Assembly: GCA_950097015.1 (NCBI GenBank)
Contig: CATNEN010000007.1
Span: 1,984,001 to 2,048,000, forward strand
Reading direction: 5' to 3'
Length of the DNA stretch: 64,000 bases
Source of the DNA: Macrostomum hystrix
Taxonomy: Eukaryota; Animalia; Platyhelminthes
Part shown: positions 22,141-35,412 of the stretch, piece by piece
Position numbering within the stretch: position 1 is the stretch's first letter
How the letters are laid out: every line of letters begins with the position of its first letter
Notes under the pieces: generated by a model
Seen by the model: the letters and a program-made list of their open reading frames with translations, nothing else
Told to the model about the DNA's origin: nothing
Database searches by the model: none
Translations under genes and position numbers: made by a program

Positions 22141-25100
22141 ATGGAGTGAGATACTAATGGGATGAGATACTAATTGGATGAGATACAAATTGGGATGAGA
22201 TACTAATGGGGTGAGATACTAATGGGATGAGATACTAATGGGATGAGATACTAATGGGATGAGATACTAATGGGATGAGATACTAATGGGATAAGATGCT
22301 AATTGGATGAGATACAAATTGGGATAAGATACTAATGGGGTGAGCTACTAATGGGGGTGAGATACTAATGGGTGAGATACTAATGGGGTGAGATACTAAT
22401 GGGATGAGATACTAATTGGATGAGATACAAATTGGGATGAGATACTAATGGGGTGAGATACTAATGGGATGAGATACTAATGGGATGAGATACTAATGGG
22501 ATGAGATACTAATGGGATGAGATACTAATGGGATGAGATACTAATGGGATGAGATACTAATGGGATAAGATGCTAATTGGATGAGATACTAATGGGATGA
22601 GCTACTAATGGGGGTGAGATACTAATGGGTGAGATACTAATGGGGTGAGATACTAATGGGGTGAGATAATGGGGTGAGATACTAATGGGGTGGGATGCTA
22701 ATGGGATAAGATGCTAATTGGATGAGATACAAATTGGGATAAGATACTAATGGGGTGAGCTACTAATGGGGGTGAGATACTAATGGGGTGAGATACTAAT
22801 GGGGTGAGATAATGGGGTGAGATACTAATGGGGTGAGATAATGGGGTGAGATACTAATGTGGTGAGATTATGGGATAAGATACTAATGGGATGAGATACT
22901 AATGCGATGAGATACTAATGGGGTGAGTACTGGGGTGAGATAATGGGGTGAGATACTACTGGGATGAGATACTAATGGGGTGAGATACTACTGGGGGTGA
23001 GATACTAATGGGTGAGATACTAATGGGGTTAGATACTAATGGGGTGAGATACTAATGGGGTGAGATAATGGGGTGAGATACTAATGTGGTGAGATTATGG
23101 GATAAGATACTAATGGGATGAGATACTAATGCGATGAGATACTAATGGGGTGAGTACTGGGGTGAGATAATGGGGTGAGATACTACTGGGATGAGATACT
23201 AATGGGGTGAGATACTACTGGGGGTGAGATACTAATGGGTGAGATACTAATGGGGTTAGATACTAATGGGGTGAGATACTAATGGGGTGAGATACTAATG
23301 GGTGAGATACTAATGGGGTTAGATACTAATGGGGTGAGATACTAATGGGGTGAGATACTAATGGGGTGAGATAATGGGGTGAGATACTAATGGGATGAGA
23401 TAATCGGGTGAGATACTAATGTGGTGAGATTATGGGATAAGATACTAATGGGATGAGATACTAATTGGATGAGATACAAATTGGGATGAGATACTAATGG
23501 GATAAGATACTAATGGGGTGAGATACTAATGGGGTGAGATACTACTGGGATGAGATACTAATGGGGTGAGATACTAATGGGGTGAGATACTAATGGGGTG
23601 AGATACTACTGGGTGAGATACTAATGGGGTGAGATAATGGGGTGAGATACTAATGGGGTGAGATACTAATGGGATGAGATACTAATGGGGTGAGATACTA
23701 ATGGGGTGAGATACTACTGGGATGAGATACTAATAGGATGAGATACTAATGCGATGAGATTCTAATGGGGTGAGTACTGGGGTGAGATAATGGGGTGAGA
23801 TACTACTGGGATGAGATACTAATGGGGTGAGATACTAATGGGGTGAGATACTAATGGGGTGAGATACTACTGGGTGAGATACTAATGGGGTGAGATACTA
23901 ATGGGGTGAGATACTAATGGGGTGAGATAATGGGGTGAGATACTAATGGGGTGAGATAATGGGGTGAGATACTAATGTGGTGAGATTATGGGATAAGATA
24001 CTAATGGGATGAGATAATAATTGGATGAGATACAAATTGGGATGAGATACTAATGGGATAAGATACTAATGGGGTGAGATACTAATGGGGTGAGATACTA
24101 CTGGGATGAGATACTAATGGGGTGAGATACTAATGGGGTGAGATACTACTGGGATGAGATACTAATGGGGTGAGATACTAATGGGGTGAGATACTACTGG
24201 GATGAGATACTAATAGGATGAGATACTAATGCGATGAGATACTAATGGGGTGAGTACTGGGGTGAGATAATGGGGTGAGATACTACTGGGATGAGATACT
24301 ACTGGGGTGAGATACTACTGGGGTGAGATAATGGGGTGATATACTAATGGGGTGAGATACTAATGGGGTGAGATACTAATGGGGTGAGATACTACTGGGT
24401 GAGATACTAATGGGGTGAGATAATGGGGTGAGATACTAATGGGGTGAGATACTAATGGGGTGTGATACTAATGGGGTGAGATAATGGGGTGAGATACTAC
24501 TGGGATGAGATACTAATAGGATGAGATACTAATGCGATGAGATACTAATGGGGTGAGATACTAATGGGATGAGATACTAATGGGATGAGATACTAATGGG
24601 ATGAGATACTAATGGGATGAGATACTAATGGGATAAGATGCTAATTGGATGAGATACAAATTGGGATAAGATACTAATGGGGTGAGCTACTAATGGGGGT
24701 GAGATACTAATGGGTGAGATACTAATGGGGTGAGATACTAATGGGATGAGATACTAATTGGATGAGATACAAATTGGGATGAGATACTAATGGGGTGAGA
24801 TACTAATGGGATGAGATACTAATGGGGTGAGATACTAATGGGATGAGATACTAATTGGATGAGATACAAATTGGGATGAGATACTAATGGGGTGAGATAC
24901 TAATGGGATAAGATGCTAATTGGATGAGATACTAATGGGATGAGCTACTAATGGGGGTGAGATACTAATGGGTGAGATACTAATGGGGTGAGATACTAAT
25001 GGGGTGAGATAATGGGGTGAGATACTAATGGGGTGGGATACTAATGGGATAAGATGCTAATTGGATGAGATACAAATTGGGATAAGATACTAATGGGGTG

Positions 25101-27395
25101 AGCTACTAATGGGGGTGAGATACTAATGGGGTGAGATACTAATGGGGTGAGATAATGGGGTGAGATACTAATGGGGTGAGATAATGGGGTGAGATACTAA
25201 TGTGGTGAGATTATGGGATAAGATACTAATGGGATGAGATACTAATGCGATGAGATACTAATGGGGTGAGTACTGGGGTGAGATAATGGGGTGAGATACT
25301 ACTGGGATGAGATACTAATGGGGTGAGATACTACTGGGGGTGAGATACTAATGGGTGAGATACTAATGGGGTTAGATACTAATGGGGTGAGATACTAATG
25401 GGGTGAGATACTAATGGGTGAGATACTAATGGGGTTAGATACTAATGGGGTGAGATACTAATGGGGTGAGATACTAATGGGGTGAGATAATGGGGTGAGA
25501 TACTAATGGGATGAGATAATCGGGTGAGATACTAATGTGGTGAGATTATGGGATAAGATACTAATGGGATGAGATACTAATTGGATGAGATACAAATTGG
25601 GATGAGATACTAATGGGATAAGATACTAATGGGGTGAGATACTAATGGGGTGAGATACTACTGGGATGAGATACTAATGGGGTGAGATACTAATGGGGTG
25701 AGATACTAATGGGGTGAGATACTACTGGGTGAGATACTAATGGGGTGAGATAATGGGGTGAGATACTAATGGGGTGAGATACTAATGGGATGAGATACTA
25801 ATGGGGTGAGATACTAATGGGGTGAGATACTACTGGGATGAGATACTAATAGGATGAGATACTAATGCGATGAGATTCTAATGGGGTGAGTACTGGGGTG
25901 AGATAATGGGGTGAGATACTACTGGGATGAGATACTAATGGGGTGAGATACTAATGGGGTGAGATACTAATGGGGTGAGATACTACTGGGTGAGATACTA
26001 ATGGGGTGAGATACTAATGGGGTGAGATACTAATGGGGTGAGATAATGGGGTGAGATACTAATGGGGTGAGATAATGGGGTGAGATACTAATGTGGTGAG
26101 ATTATGGGATAAGATACTAATGGGATGAGATAATAATTGGATGAGATACAAATTGGGATGAGATACTAATGGGATAAGATACTAATGGGGTGAGATACTA
26201 ATGGGGTGAGATACTACTGGGATGAGATACTAATGGGGTGAGATACTAATGGGGTGAGATACTACTGGGATGAGATACTAATGGGGTGAGATACTAATGG
26301 GGTGAGATACTACTGGGATGAGATACTAATAGGATGAGATACTAATGCGATGAGATACTAATGGGGTGAGTACTGGGGTGAGATAATGGGGTGAGATACT
26401 ACTGGGATGAGATACTACTGGGGTGAGATACTACTGGGGTGAGATAATGGGGTGATATACTAATGGGGTGAGATACTAATGGGGTGAGATACTAATGGGG
26501 TGAGATACTACTGGGTGAGATACTAATGGGGTGAGATAATGGGGTGAGATACTAATGGGGTGAGATACTAATGGGGTGTGATACTAATGGGGTGAGATAA
26601 TGGGGTGAGATACTACTGGGATGAGATACTAATAGGATGAGATACTAATGCGATGAGATACTAATGGGGTGAGTACTGGGGTGAGATAATGGGGTGAGAT
26701 ACTACTGGGATGAGATACTAATGGGGTGAGATACTAATGGGGTGAGATACTAATGGGGTGAGATACTACTGGGTGAGATACTAATGGGGTGAGATACTAA
26801 TGGGGTGAGATACTAATGGGGTGAGATAATGGGGTGAGATACTAATGGGGTGAGATAATGGGGTGAGATACTAATGTGGTGAGATTATGGGATAAGATAC
26901 TAATGGGATGAGATAATAATTGGATGAGATACAAATTGGGATGAGATACTAATGGGATAAGATACTAATGGGGTGAGATACTAATGGGGTGAGATACTAC
27001 TGGGATGAGATACTAATGGGGTGAGATACTAATGGGGTGAGATACTACTGGGATGAGATACTAATGGGGTGAGATACTAATGGGGTGAGATACTACTGGG
27101 ATGAGATACTAATAGGATGAGATACTAATGCGATGAGATACTAATGGGGTGAGTACTGGGGTGAGATAATGGGGTGAGATACTACTGGGATGAGATACTA
27201 CTGGGGTGAGATACTACTGGGGTGAGATAATGGGGTGATATACTAATGGGGTGAGATACTAATGGGGTGAGATACTAATGGGGTGAGATACTACTGGGTG
27301 AGATACTAATGGGGTGAGATAATGGGGTGAGATACTAATGGGGTGAGATACTAATGGGGTGTGATACTAATGGGGTGAGATAATGGGGTGAGATA
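22141..27395. repeat. 16-bp satellite (GAGATACTAATGGGGT)n, ~5.2 kb
   Basis: Direct reading; 13-17-bp variants and internal kb-scale duplications. Confidence 0.98.
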
Positions 27396-28073
27396 CGAAG
27401 GTGATGTGATTACTTGAAGTGTTTGGGAATCGGAGTCAGTGAGGGGAATGCAAGAAGTTGAAATAATTAGAGAGAGAATATTCTGCACTCGAATTTGACA
27501 CTTTCTGTAGGTCTGCCAGATTTATAAATATTATATTTCTCAGACAATTTATGACCATCTTGCCGCCGCCTTATCTGGACTATTTTTAATGCCAAAAGTT
27601 TCCAAGATGAGAACTGATAAAAGTACACCAGGCTGCTCCATTTCCAATCCGGATTTATGCCCAGTTCGGGGTGTCGTGGGGTTCCCAATCAGAGAATTGA
27701 CACCAGAGGACTCAATCAGGCTACTCAGCGCCCACTGGGAGAGGGCATCAAATGAATTGCCGGCCAGAAACTGGCATCTGGTCCGCCTGTTAATGAAAGA
27801 AACATGGCCGCCTAAATGCGCACTCTAGTGGCCATTGTGGCAGCTAGACATGACTGAGAAAAGTGACTTGCTACACTGGAAGGATTTTCCTGATTTCTGC
27901 TTCTGTAGCAGCAGAAGCAGCAGCACTGTAGCGTCAAAGATATCTTTTCGTGACGCACGAGATTATCCGTAAAGTTGATTTACTTAAGCAACCCAAATCA
28001 GTTTGAAACTTTTCATTCTTCAGATAGCTATCACACTTGCCGCTATCCATGCTGCTCCCTTCTATCCCTCTAT

Positions 28074-28760
28074 CCTACCCCCTTTCTCCTCTCCTCTCTC
28101 CTCTCTCCTCTCAGCTCTCTCCTCTCTCCTCTCTCCTCTCTCCTCTCTCCTCTTTCCTCTCTCCTCTCTCCTCTCTCCTCTTTCCTCTCTCCTCTCTCCT
28201 CTCTCCTCTTTCCTCTCACCTCTCTCCTCTCTCCTCTCACCTCTCTCCTCTCTCCTCTCACCTCTCTCCTCTCTCCTCTCACCTCTCTCCTCTCTCCTCT
28301 CTCCTCTCTCCTCTCTCCTCTCTCCTCTCACCTCTCTCCTCTCTCCTCTCTCCTCTCTCCTCTTTCCTCTCACCTCTCTCCTCTCTCCTCTCACCTCTCT
28401 CCTCTTTCCTCTCTCCTCTCACCTCTCTCCTCTCTCGTCTTTACTCTCACCTGTTTTCTCTATCCCGCTCCCTCTCTCCCTCTCTCTGACTCCCTCTCTC
28501 CCTCCCTCTCTCTCCCCTCCCTCCCTCCCTCTCTCCCTCCCTCTCCCTCTCCCCCTCCCTCTCTCCCTCCCTCTCCCCCTCCCTCTCTCCTTCCCTCTCT
28601 CCCTCCCTCTCTCCATCTCTCCCTCTCTCTCCCTCTCCCTCCCTCTCTCCCTCCCTCTCCCTCTCTCTCCCTCTCTCTCCCTCTCTGCCTCCCTCTCTCC
28701 CTCCCTCTCTCCCCCTCTCTCTCCCTCTCTGCCTCCCTCTCTCTACCTCTCTCCCTCTAA
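28074..28760. repeat. Polypyrimidine microsatellite (CTCTCCT)n grading into (CTCC/CT)n
   Basis: Direct reading. Confidence 0.95.
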
Positions 28761-29097
28761 GGTTTTCCGTGTATTTAACTTTATTAGTTTGAGGCCGTAT
28801 TCGGTGCCCGTGCACGTTTTCCTTTAATTTTAGTGTGACTCCTTCCTGTGTATTTGTTCTTTGCTCACCTTTTGTATTTTATTCTCGCTCGCCTATTTCG
28901 CTTTAAGGTCATTCCGACCGCCCACCTGTACAGTTTTAAACACCAACCCCGCTTTTCTTAGAGTTTTTGACCTATCATAATGTACTTACTAGGGTTTTAC
29001 ACAATTGAGCTCTCTCTCTCTCTCTCTCTCTCTCTTTCTATCAATTTTTATCGGCATTTAAAACTTTATATCACGCCAATTAAAATTCGCTTTTTTC

Positions 29098-29134
29098 TGC
29101 CCTGACGAAGAATTTTTAATTCGAAATATCGGCA
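29098..29134 (+). ncRNA. Minimal type I hammerhead ribozyme
   Basis: TGCC-CTGACGA-A-GAATT(TTT)AATTC-GAA-ATAT-C-GGCA: stem I TGCC/GGCA, core CUGANGA and GAAA, 5-bp stem II, palindromic ATAT in place of stem III, AUC cleavage triplet (cut after 29130). Confidence 0.78.
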
Positions 29135-29199
29135 AAATTAAAATTAAAGTCAGCTTTAACTCTTCACCGCGTCAGTGCCTGGGATTGGAGGTGCTCTTC

Positions 29200-29302
29200 T
29201 ATCTCTTCCCCTCTCTCCCTCTCCCTCCCTCTCCCTCCCTCTCCCTCCCTCTCCCTCCCTCTCCCTCCCTCTCCCTCCCTCTCCCTCCCTCTCCCTCCCT
29301 CT
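29200..29302. repeat. (CTCCCTCCCT)n
   Basis: Direct reading; lies between the two hammerhead motifs. Confidence 0.9.
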
Positions 29303-29463
29303 TACTTTTCCGACAATGCTAGTGACAGGGGGGTTCGATGTACTTCTCCTCAGTCATCTCTTCTCTCACTCCTCATCTGGATCCACTCTAATCTCTCCTG
29401 TCTCCCACTCACACATTTTCCTTTGTCCTCCTATCTGTCCCCTCTGAAACTGTCAGCACTGGG

Positions 29464-29510
29464 CTGCGGTGCCTGACGAAGATATACGAGTATACCAAAC
29501 GGCACCCAGC
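29464..29510 (+). ncRNA. Decayed hammerhead-like motif
   Basis: GCTG-C-GGTGC-CTGACGAAG-ATATA(CGAG)TATAC-CAAAC-G-GCACC-CAGC. Stem I and the CUGACGA core are retained; GAAA has become CAAA and the NUH triplet is missing. Confidence 0.45.
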
Positions 29511-29764
29511 TGTCACAGCTGGGGGTGTCCCGACTCATCCGGCGCATCACCTCGCATCCGCATAAATAATTTGGCAGCCCATCAGATGCAAAATTCAGTC
29601 TAGCAAGTGCCTGCCAAATTTGCTCTACTAAAGAAACCAAATATGATTTCCAGCTGTCTGGCATCCTGATAATTGTGACAGAACGACTGCCTATGAGGCC
29701 TCACTGAATGAACATGAACCCATGTCTGGGAGAGATCAAGAAGTATATGGTTCTTGACTGAATC

Positions 29765-30552
29765 ATCCACTCACTCACTCACTCACTCACACACTCACTC
29801 ACTCACTTATTCACACACTCACACACTCACTTATTCACACACTCACACACTCACTCACTCACTCACTCACTCACTCACTCACTCACTCACACACTCACTC
29901 ACTCACTCACTCGCTCGCTCACTCACTCACTCACTCACTCTGTCAGTCACTCACTCACTCACTCGCTCACTCACTCACTCACTCACTCTCTCAGTCACTC
30001 ACTCACTCACTCTGTCAGTCACTCACTCACTCGCTCGCTCACTCACTCACTCACTCACTCTGTCAGTCACTCACTCACTCACTCGCTCACTCACTCACTC
30101 ACTCACTCTCTCAGTCACTCACTCACTCACTCGCTCACTCACTCACTCACTCTCTCAGTCACTCACTCACTCACTCACTCACTCACTCGCTCGCTCACTC
30201 ACTCTCTCAGTCACTCACTCACTCACTCGCTCACTCACTCACTCACTCTCTCAGTCACTCACTCACTCACTCGCTCACTCACTCACTCACTCACTCTCTC
30301 AGTCACTCACTCACTCACTCACTCACTCACTCACTCACTCACTCACTCACTCACTCACTCACTCACTCACTCACTCACACACTCACTCACTCACTCACTC
30401 ACTCACTCACTCACTCACACACTCACTCACTCACTCACTCACTCACTCACTCACACACTCACTCACTCACTCACTCACTCACTCACTCACTCACTCACTC
30501 ACTCACTCACTCACTCACTCACTCACTCACTCACTCACTCACTCACTCACTC
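29765..30552. repeat. (ACTC)n microsatellite
   Basis: Direct reading. Confidence 0.97.
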
Positions 30553-31611
30553 AATTTGGATAGTTTTGAAAATCCGAAGAGCTCCAGAAAGAGCGCACCT
30601 GGCAGCTCCGTGACAACAGGTCGCGGGCGCCTTTCAACCCAATCTCACCGCCCTCTGCTAAATGCCTCCCGACTTTCCCAGCTTGAGCAGGTCTCATTCC
30701 TCTCATCCCGGAAGGCAGGGCAGTCTGGCATTCACTCAATTTGTATGCCGTCAGAAAAAATTGCCTTTTTTGTCATTTTTGTCTTCCCGATGAATCCCCC
30801 CAGCTGCTCTCCCATCTCCCTGTCTCCCAGAATTCTCTCTGGATCAGTTTCAATTTCTGTTCGCCAAGCCGCTGTGCAAACAGGCCCCCGTCGCCTCTTT
30901 TTTCGTCGTTTTGTTTCTGTGCCGCCCTGCAGCTTTTCCTTGCTGTATTTTTTAATCCTATTAGTAGTTTGGGATTTCTGTCTGTTTCTACAAGTAATTT
31001 AGGTCCGAAATTCTCTGTGAACACTTTTCATTGAAAAAAAAATTATTGAAGAAATCAATAACATTACCTTTGTATCGGTGCTAAATTTCCGTGAGACCGT
31101 TTATTGTGATTTCCTGATGATGAGATCTGAAGTTAAAGAAAATATTTGAAGCTAGACCTGCTTGCTGCTCGAATTTTTCCCTCATTTCCTGCTATCTGAG
31201 ACGGTCTTAAAGCAGCAAACGGTAACTGGTGTTGATAGTGGTCGAGAGAGGCGCCATGGAGATAGGCTGAGAAAGGCTCTGATTGGCTGGCGGGTGAGGC
31301 CCAAAATAGACCGTCTGTTCTGCTTTGGGGACTCTTGTTACAGCCAGTGACGAAACGGCAGTTAAGGAGAGCGAGACCCTGACGCCACCAAGTGAGGATG
31401 CGATCCTCACCTCGAGTGTCATTTTCTGCCTTTCTTTCTTGACAGCGGAACACGAACCCAGCACAGAAGTGACAATTAGCGATTGAAACTGCGTGTAACT
31501 GAAGCCTCCGCCAGTTGGTTGGAGTGTGCGATGCTGACACTTCATTCCACTAATATTAGCAGCTCTGAAACCTGCGAGCTTTCAATGATCCGAGACTAGA
31601 GCAACCTTCAT

Positions 31612-31792
31612 CACTCATTCACTCATTCATCCACTCACTCACTCACTCACTCTGTCAGTCACGCACTCTGTCAGTCACTCACTCTGTCAGTCACTCACTC
31701 ACTCACTCACTCACTCACACACTCACTCACTCACTCACTCACTCTCTCACTCACTCACTCACTCACTCAGTCACACACTCACTCACTCACAC
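31612..31792. repeat. (ACTC)n microsatellite, second tract
   Basis: Same TCTGTCAGTC interruptions as the first tract. Confidence 0.92.
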
Positions 31793-32214
31793 CCACACCC
31801 CTAATTCCCCAATGAAGGGTTGTCAGAAATGAGCATCGGTTGAAAAGTCCACGCGGTGAAGGACAGACGAAACACTCGAGTCCCGAGTCGTAGTGGAAGC
31901 TCACGTGGAGCCACAAATTTGCCAGCTGTCCTTTTTCAACTGAAAGATTCAGTCGCATTGTTACAGATAGTCTCACGGTTTGATCTTTCCCTTCTACTCA
32001 GCAAACACATTTTAATTTTTCCATTGTGCAGTACACAAGTTCGCCTTTGCAGACCATAGCAAAAATATTTTGAAGCTCACTTCTCAAAGTATTTTCCAAA
32101 GAATGTACTGTCAAGTGAGAGCGAAAGACCTGACTGTCGTAGTAGCGGCCTACAGTTTTTATTTCCAGAAAACGTCTCTGCAATCATTCCTTGCTCACGC
32201 CCAAAACAATCAAT

Positions 32215-33775
32215 TCCGGTTTCAAATCCCGACTCAAGGTCTGTCCATCAAACGACTCAAATCCCGACTCAAAATCTGTCCAGCAACCGACTCAAAGTCT
32301 GTCCAGCAACCGACTCAAATCCCAACTCAAAATCTGTCCAGTAAACGACTCGAATCCCGACTCAAAGTCTGTCCAGCAACCGAGTCAAATCCCGACTCAA
32401 AATCTGTCCAGTAAACGACTCGAATCCCGACTCAAAGTCTGTAAATCAAACGGCTCACATCCCGACTCAAAATCTGTCCAGCAAACGACTCAAATCCCGA
32501 CTCAAAATCTGTCCAGTAAACGACTCGAATCCCGACTCAAAGTCTGTAAATCAAACGGCTCACATCCCGACTCAAAATCTGTCCAGCAAACGACTCAAAT
32601 CCCGACTCAAAATCTGTCCAGTAAACGACTCGAATCCCGACTCAAAGTCTGTAAATCAAACGGCTCACATCCCGACTCAAAATCTGTCCAGCAAACGACT
32701 CAAATCCCGACTCAAAATCTGTCCAGTAAACGACTCGAATCCCGACTCAAAGTCTGTCCAGCAACCGACTCAAATCCCGACTCAAAATCTGTCCAGCAAA
32801 CGACTCAAATCCCGACTCAAAATCTGTCCAGTAAACGACTCGAATCCCGACTCAAAATCTGTCCAGTAAACGACTCAAATCCTGACTCAAAGTCTGTCCG
32901 GCAACCGACTCAAATCCCGACTCAAAATCTGTCCAGTAAACGACTCGAATCCCGACTCAAAGTCTGTAAATCAAACGGCTCACATCCCGACTCAAAATCT
33001 GTCCAGCAAACGACTCAAATCCCGACTCAAAATCTGTCCAGTAAACGACTCGAATCCCGACTCAAAGTCTGTAAATCAAACGGCTCACATCCCGACTCAA
33101 AATCTGTCCAGCAAACGACTCAAATCCCGACTCAAAATCTGTCCAGTAAACGACTCGAATCCCGACTCAAAGTCTGTAAATCAAACGGCTCACATCCCGA
33201 CTCAAAATCTGTCCAGCAAACGACTCAAATCCCGACTCAAAATCTGTCCAGTAAACGACTCGAATCCCGACTCAAAGTCTGTCCAGCAACCGACTCAAAT
33301 CCCGACTCAAAATCTGTCCAGCAAACGACTCAAATCCCGACTCAAAATCTGTCCAGCAAACGACTCAAATCCCGACTCAAAATCTGTCCAGTAAACGACT
33401 CGAATCCCGACTCAAAATCTGTCCAGCAAACGACTCAAATCCTGACTCAAAGTCTGTCCGGCAACCGACTCAAATCCCGACTCAAAGTCTGTCCAGCAAC
33501 CGACTCAAATCCCGACTCAAAATCTGTCCAGTAAACGACTCGAATCCCGACTCAAAGTCTGTAAATCAAACGGCTCAAATCCCGACTCAAAATTTGTCCA
33601 GCAAACGACTCAAATCCCGACTCAAAATCTGTCCAGTAAACGACTCGAATCCCGACTCAAAGTCTGTAAATCAAACGGCTCAAATCCCGACTCAAAATTT
33701 GTCCAGCAAACGACTCAAATCCCGACTCAAAATCTGTCCAGCAAACGGCTCAAATCCGACTCAAAATCTGTCCTG
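32215..33775. repeat. 35-bp minisatellite with 105-bp higher-order unit
   Basis: AATCCCGACTCAAAATCTGTCCAGTAAACGACTCG; trimer visible as a 35-aa repeat in the ORF track. Confidence 0.96.
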
Positions 33776-34051
33776 AGTACACTCGTATGACTCGAACTCG
33801 AGCTCTCAGTCTGTTAATTATTATGGAAAACTTTCCCTGGCGATTGAAAGCATAATTTTCTCTCCTTTGTGACAATCGATGCAGTAATTAATTAAGGGGA
33901 AAAGGCTAGAAAAAACTTATCATGAGTTAACTCAAATATAGACAGCTCGAAATAAGCTTTTTAGGACAAATTAGTCATAGTCCTCAATTAGTCACGTCTC
34001 AATCAGTCGGTGTCGAGCAGAATGGACTCGATTAGACTTTATGTTACTCAA

Positions 34052-34264
34052 CTTCCTCATCAAGTATCTATTCTCACAGTGTCTTACTCATCGTCCTCAT
34101 CAAGTATCTATTCTCACAGTGTCTTACTCATCGTCCTCATCAAGTATCTATTCTCACAGTGTCTTACTCATCTTCCTCATCAAGTATCTATTCTCACAGT
34201 GTCTTACTCATCTTCCTCATCAAGTATCTATTCTCACAGTGTCTTACTCATCTTCCTCATCAAG
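34052..34264. repeat. 40-bp minisatellite x~5
   Basis: CTCATCAAGTATCTATTCTCACAGTGTCTTACTCATCTTC. Confidence 0.94.
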
Positions 34265-34994
34265 TGATAATTGTGACAGAACGACTGCCTATAAGGCCTC
34301 ACTGAATGAACATGAACCCATTTATGGGTTCTTCTCAGTGTACTTCTCATGCTTCTCACCCAGTTTCTGTCTCTCTCATCTTCGACGTCACTGTTCCCTC
34401 CCTCATGATTTCCCTTCCAGCTTCCGTTTCGCTAAATCCCCAAGCATGCTCAATCCCAATGCGCTCTTCTCTCTTACTTGTAATAAATAGAAAAATACAG
34501 TTGCACATTGTTTTCAGCGCTTGAGTCGTTCATTCAACTCACCCAGTGTACTCACATCCATCAAACACTGGCGGGTTGGTGTTCGCCTGTCTCCTCTCCC
34601 TGCCTAGTCAGATGCCATCTGCTGCTGACATCTCAGGAATTAATGACAGGGCTTTGCAGTTCTGATTTGCACTGCTCGCGTTCCTAGTCTCCGACGTGTC
34701 CCTTCCATCTGCGATTTCTTCAACTAGAAGGAAAATTCAAACCGAGAAAGATGGCAGACTCCACCATCCAAACAGGGGTGCCGCGGAGTCGCTTCTCAAG
34801 TGACTGGCGTGACAGCCTCCTCCCAGATTTCCTACTCTCATTCCGTCGGATGAAATGAGCACAGCAGAACTCTTGCTCCGATGAGCACAAAAATTATTCT
34901 TCTTACACAACTGCGAAGCTCGAGATTATTGAGAAAAAACAACTAGGAGCAACATTCTCTAGCACCTGATCCTGCCAAAGAAAACATGTCTTGG

Positions 34995-35375
34995 CCAAGG
35001 ACACCTGTATCAGTTTAGGACACCCGGTATCTGTCAAGGATACCCTGTCTCAGTTGAAAACACCCGGTATCTGTCAAGGACACCTGTCTCAGTTTAGGAC
35101 ACCCGGTATCTGTCAAGGACACCTGTATCAGTTTAGGACACCCGGTATCTGTCAAGGACACCTGTATCAGTTTAGGACATCCGGTATCTGTCAAGGACAC
35201 CTGTATCAGTTTAGGACACCCGGTATCTGTCAAGGACACCTGTATCAGTTTAGGACACCCGGTATCTGTCAAGGACACCTGTATCAGTTTAGGACACCCG
35301 GTATCTGTCAAGGACACCTGTATCAGTTTAGGACACCCGGTATCTGTCAAGGACACTTGTATCAGTTTAGGACAC
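34995..35375. repeat. 39-bp minisatellite
   Basis: CAAGGACACCTGTATCAGTTTAGGACACCCGGTATCTGT. Confidence 0.94.
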
Positions 35376-35412
35376 TGTCTCAATCACGGCACAAAGGATA
35401 CACTTCGCTTGC

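Noticed and set aside
27467-27960. Short ORFs in the unique island after the 16-bp satellite
   Set aside because: No recognisable domain and no consistent splice pair.
32191-33534. 447-aa repeat ORF
   Set aside because: Translation of the 35/105-bp array; no true start and no homology recognised.
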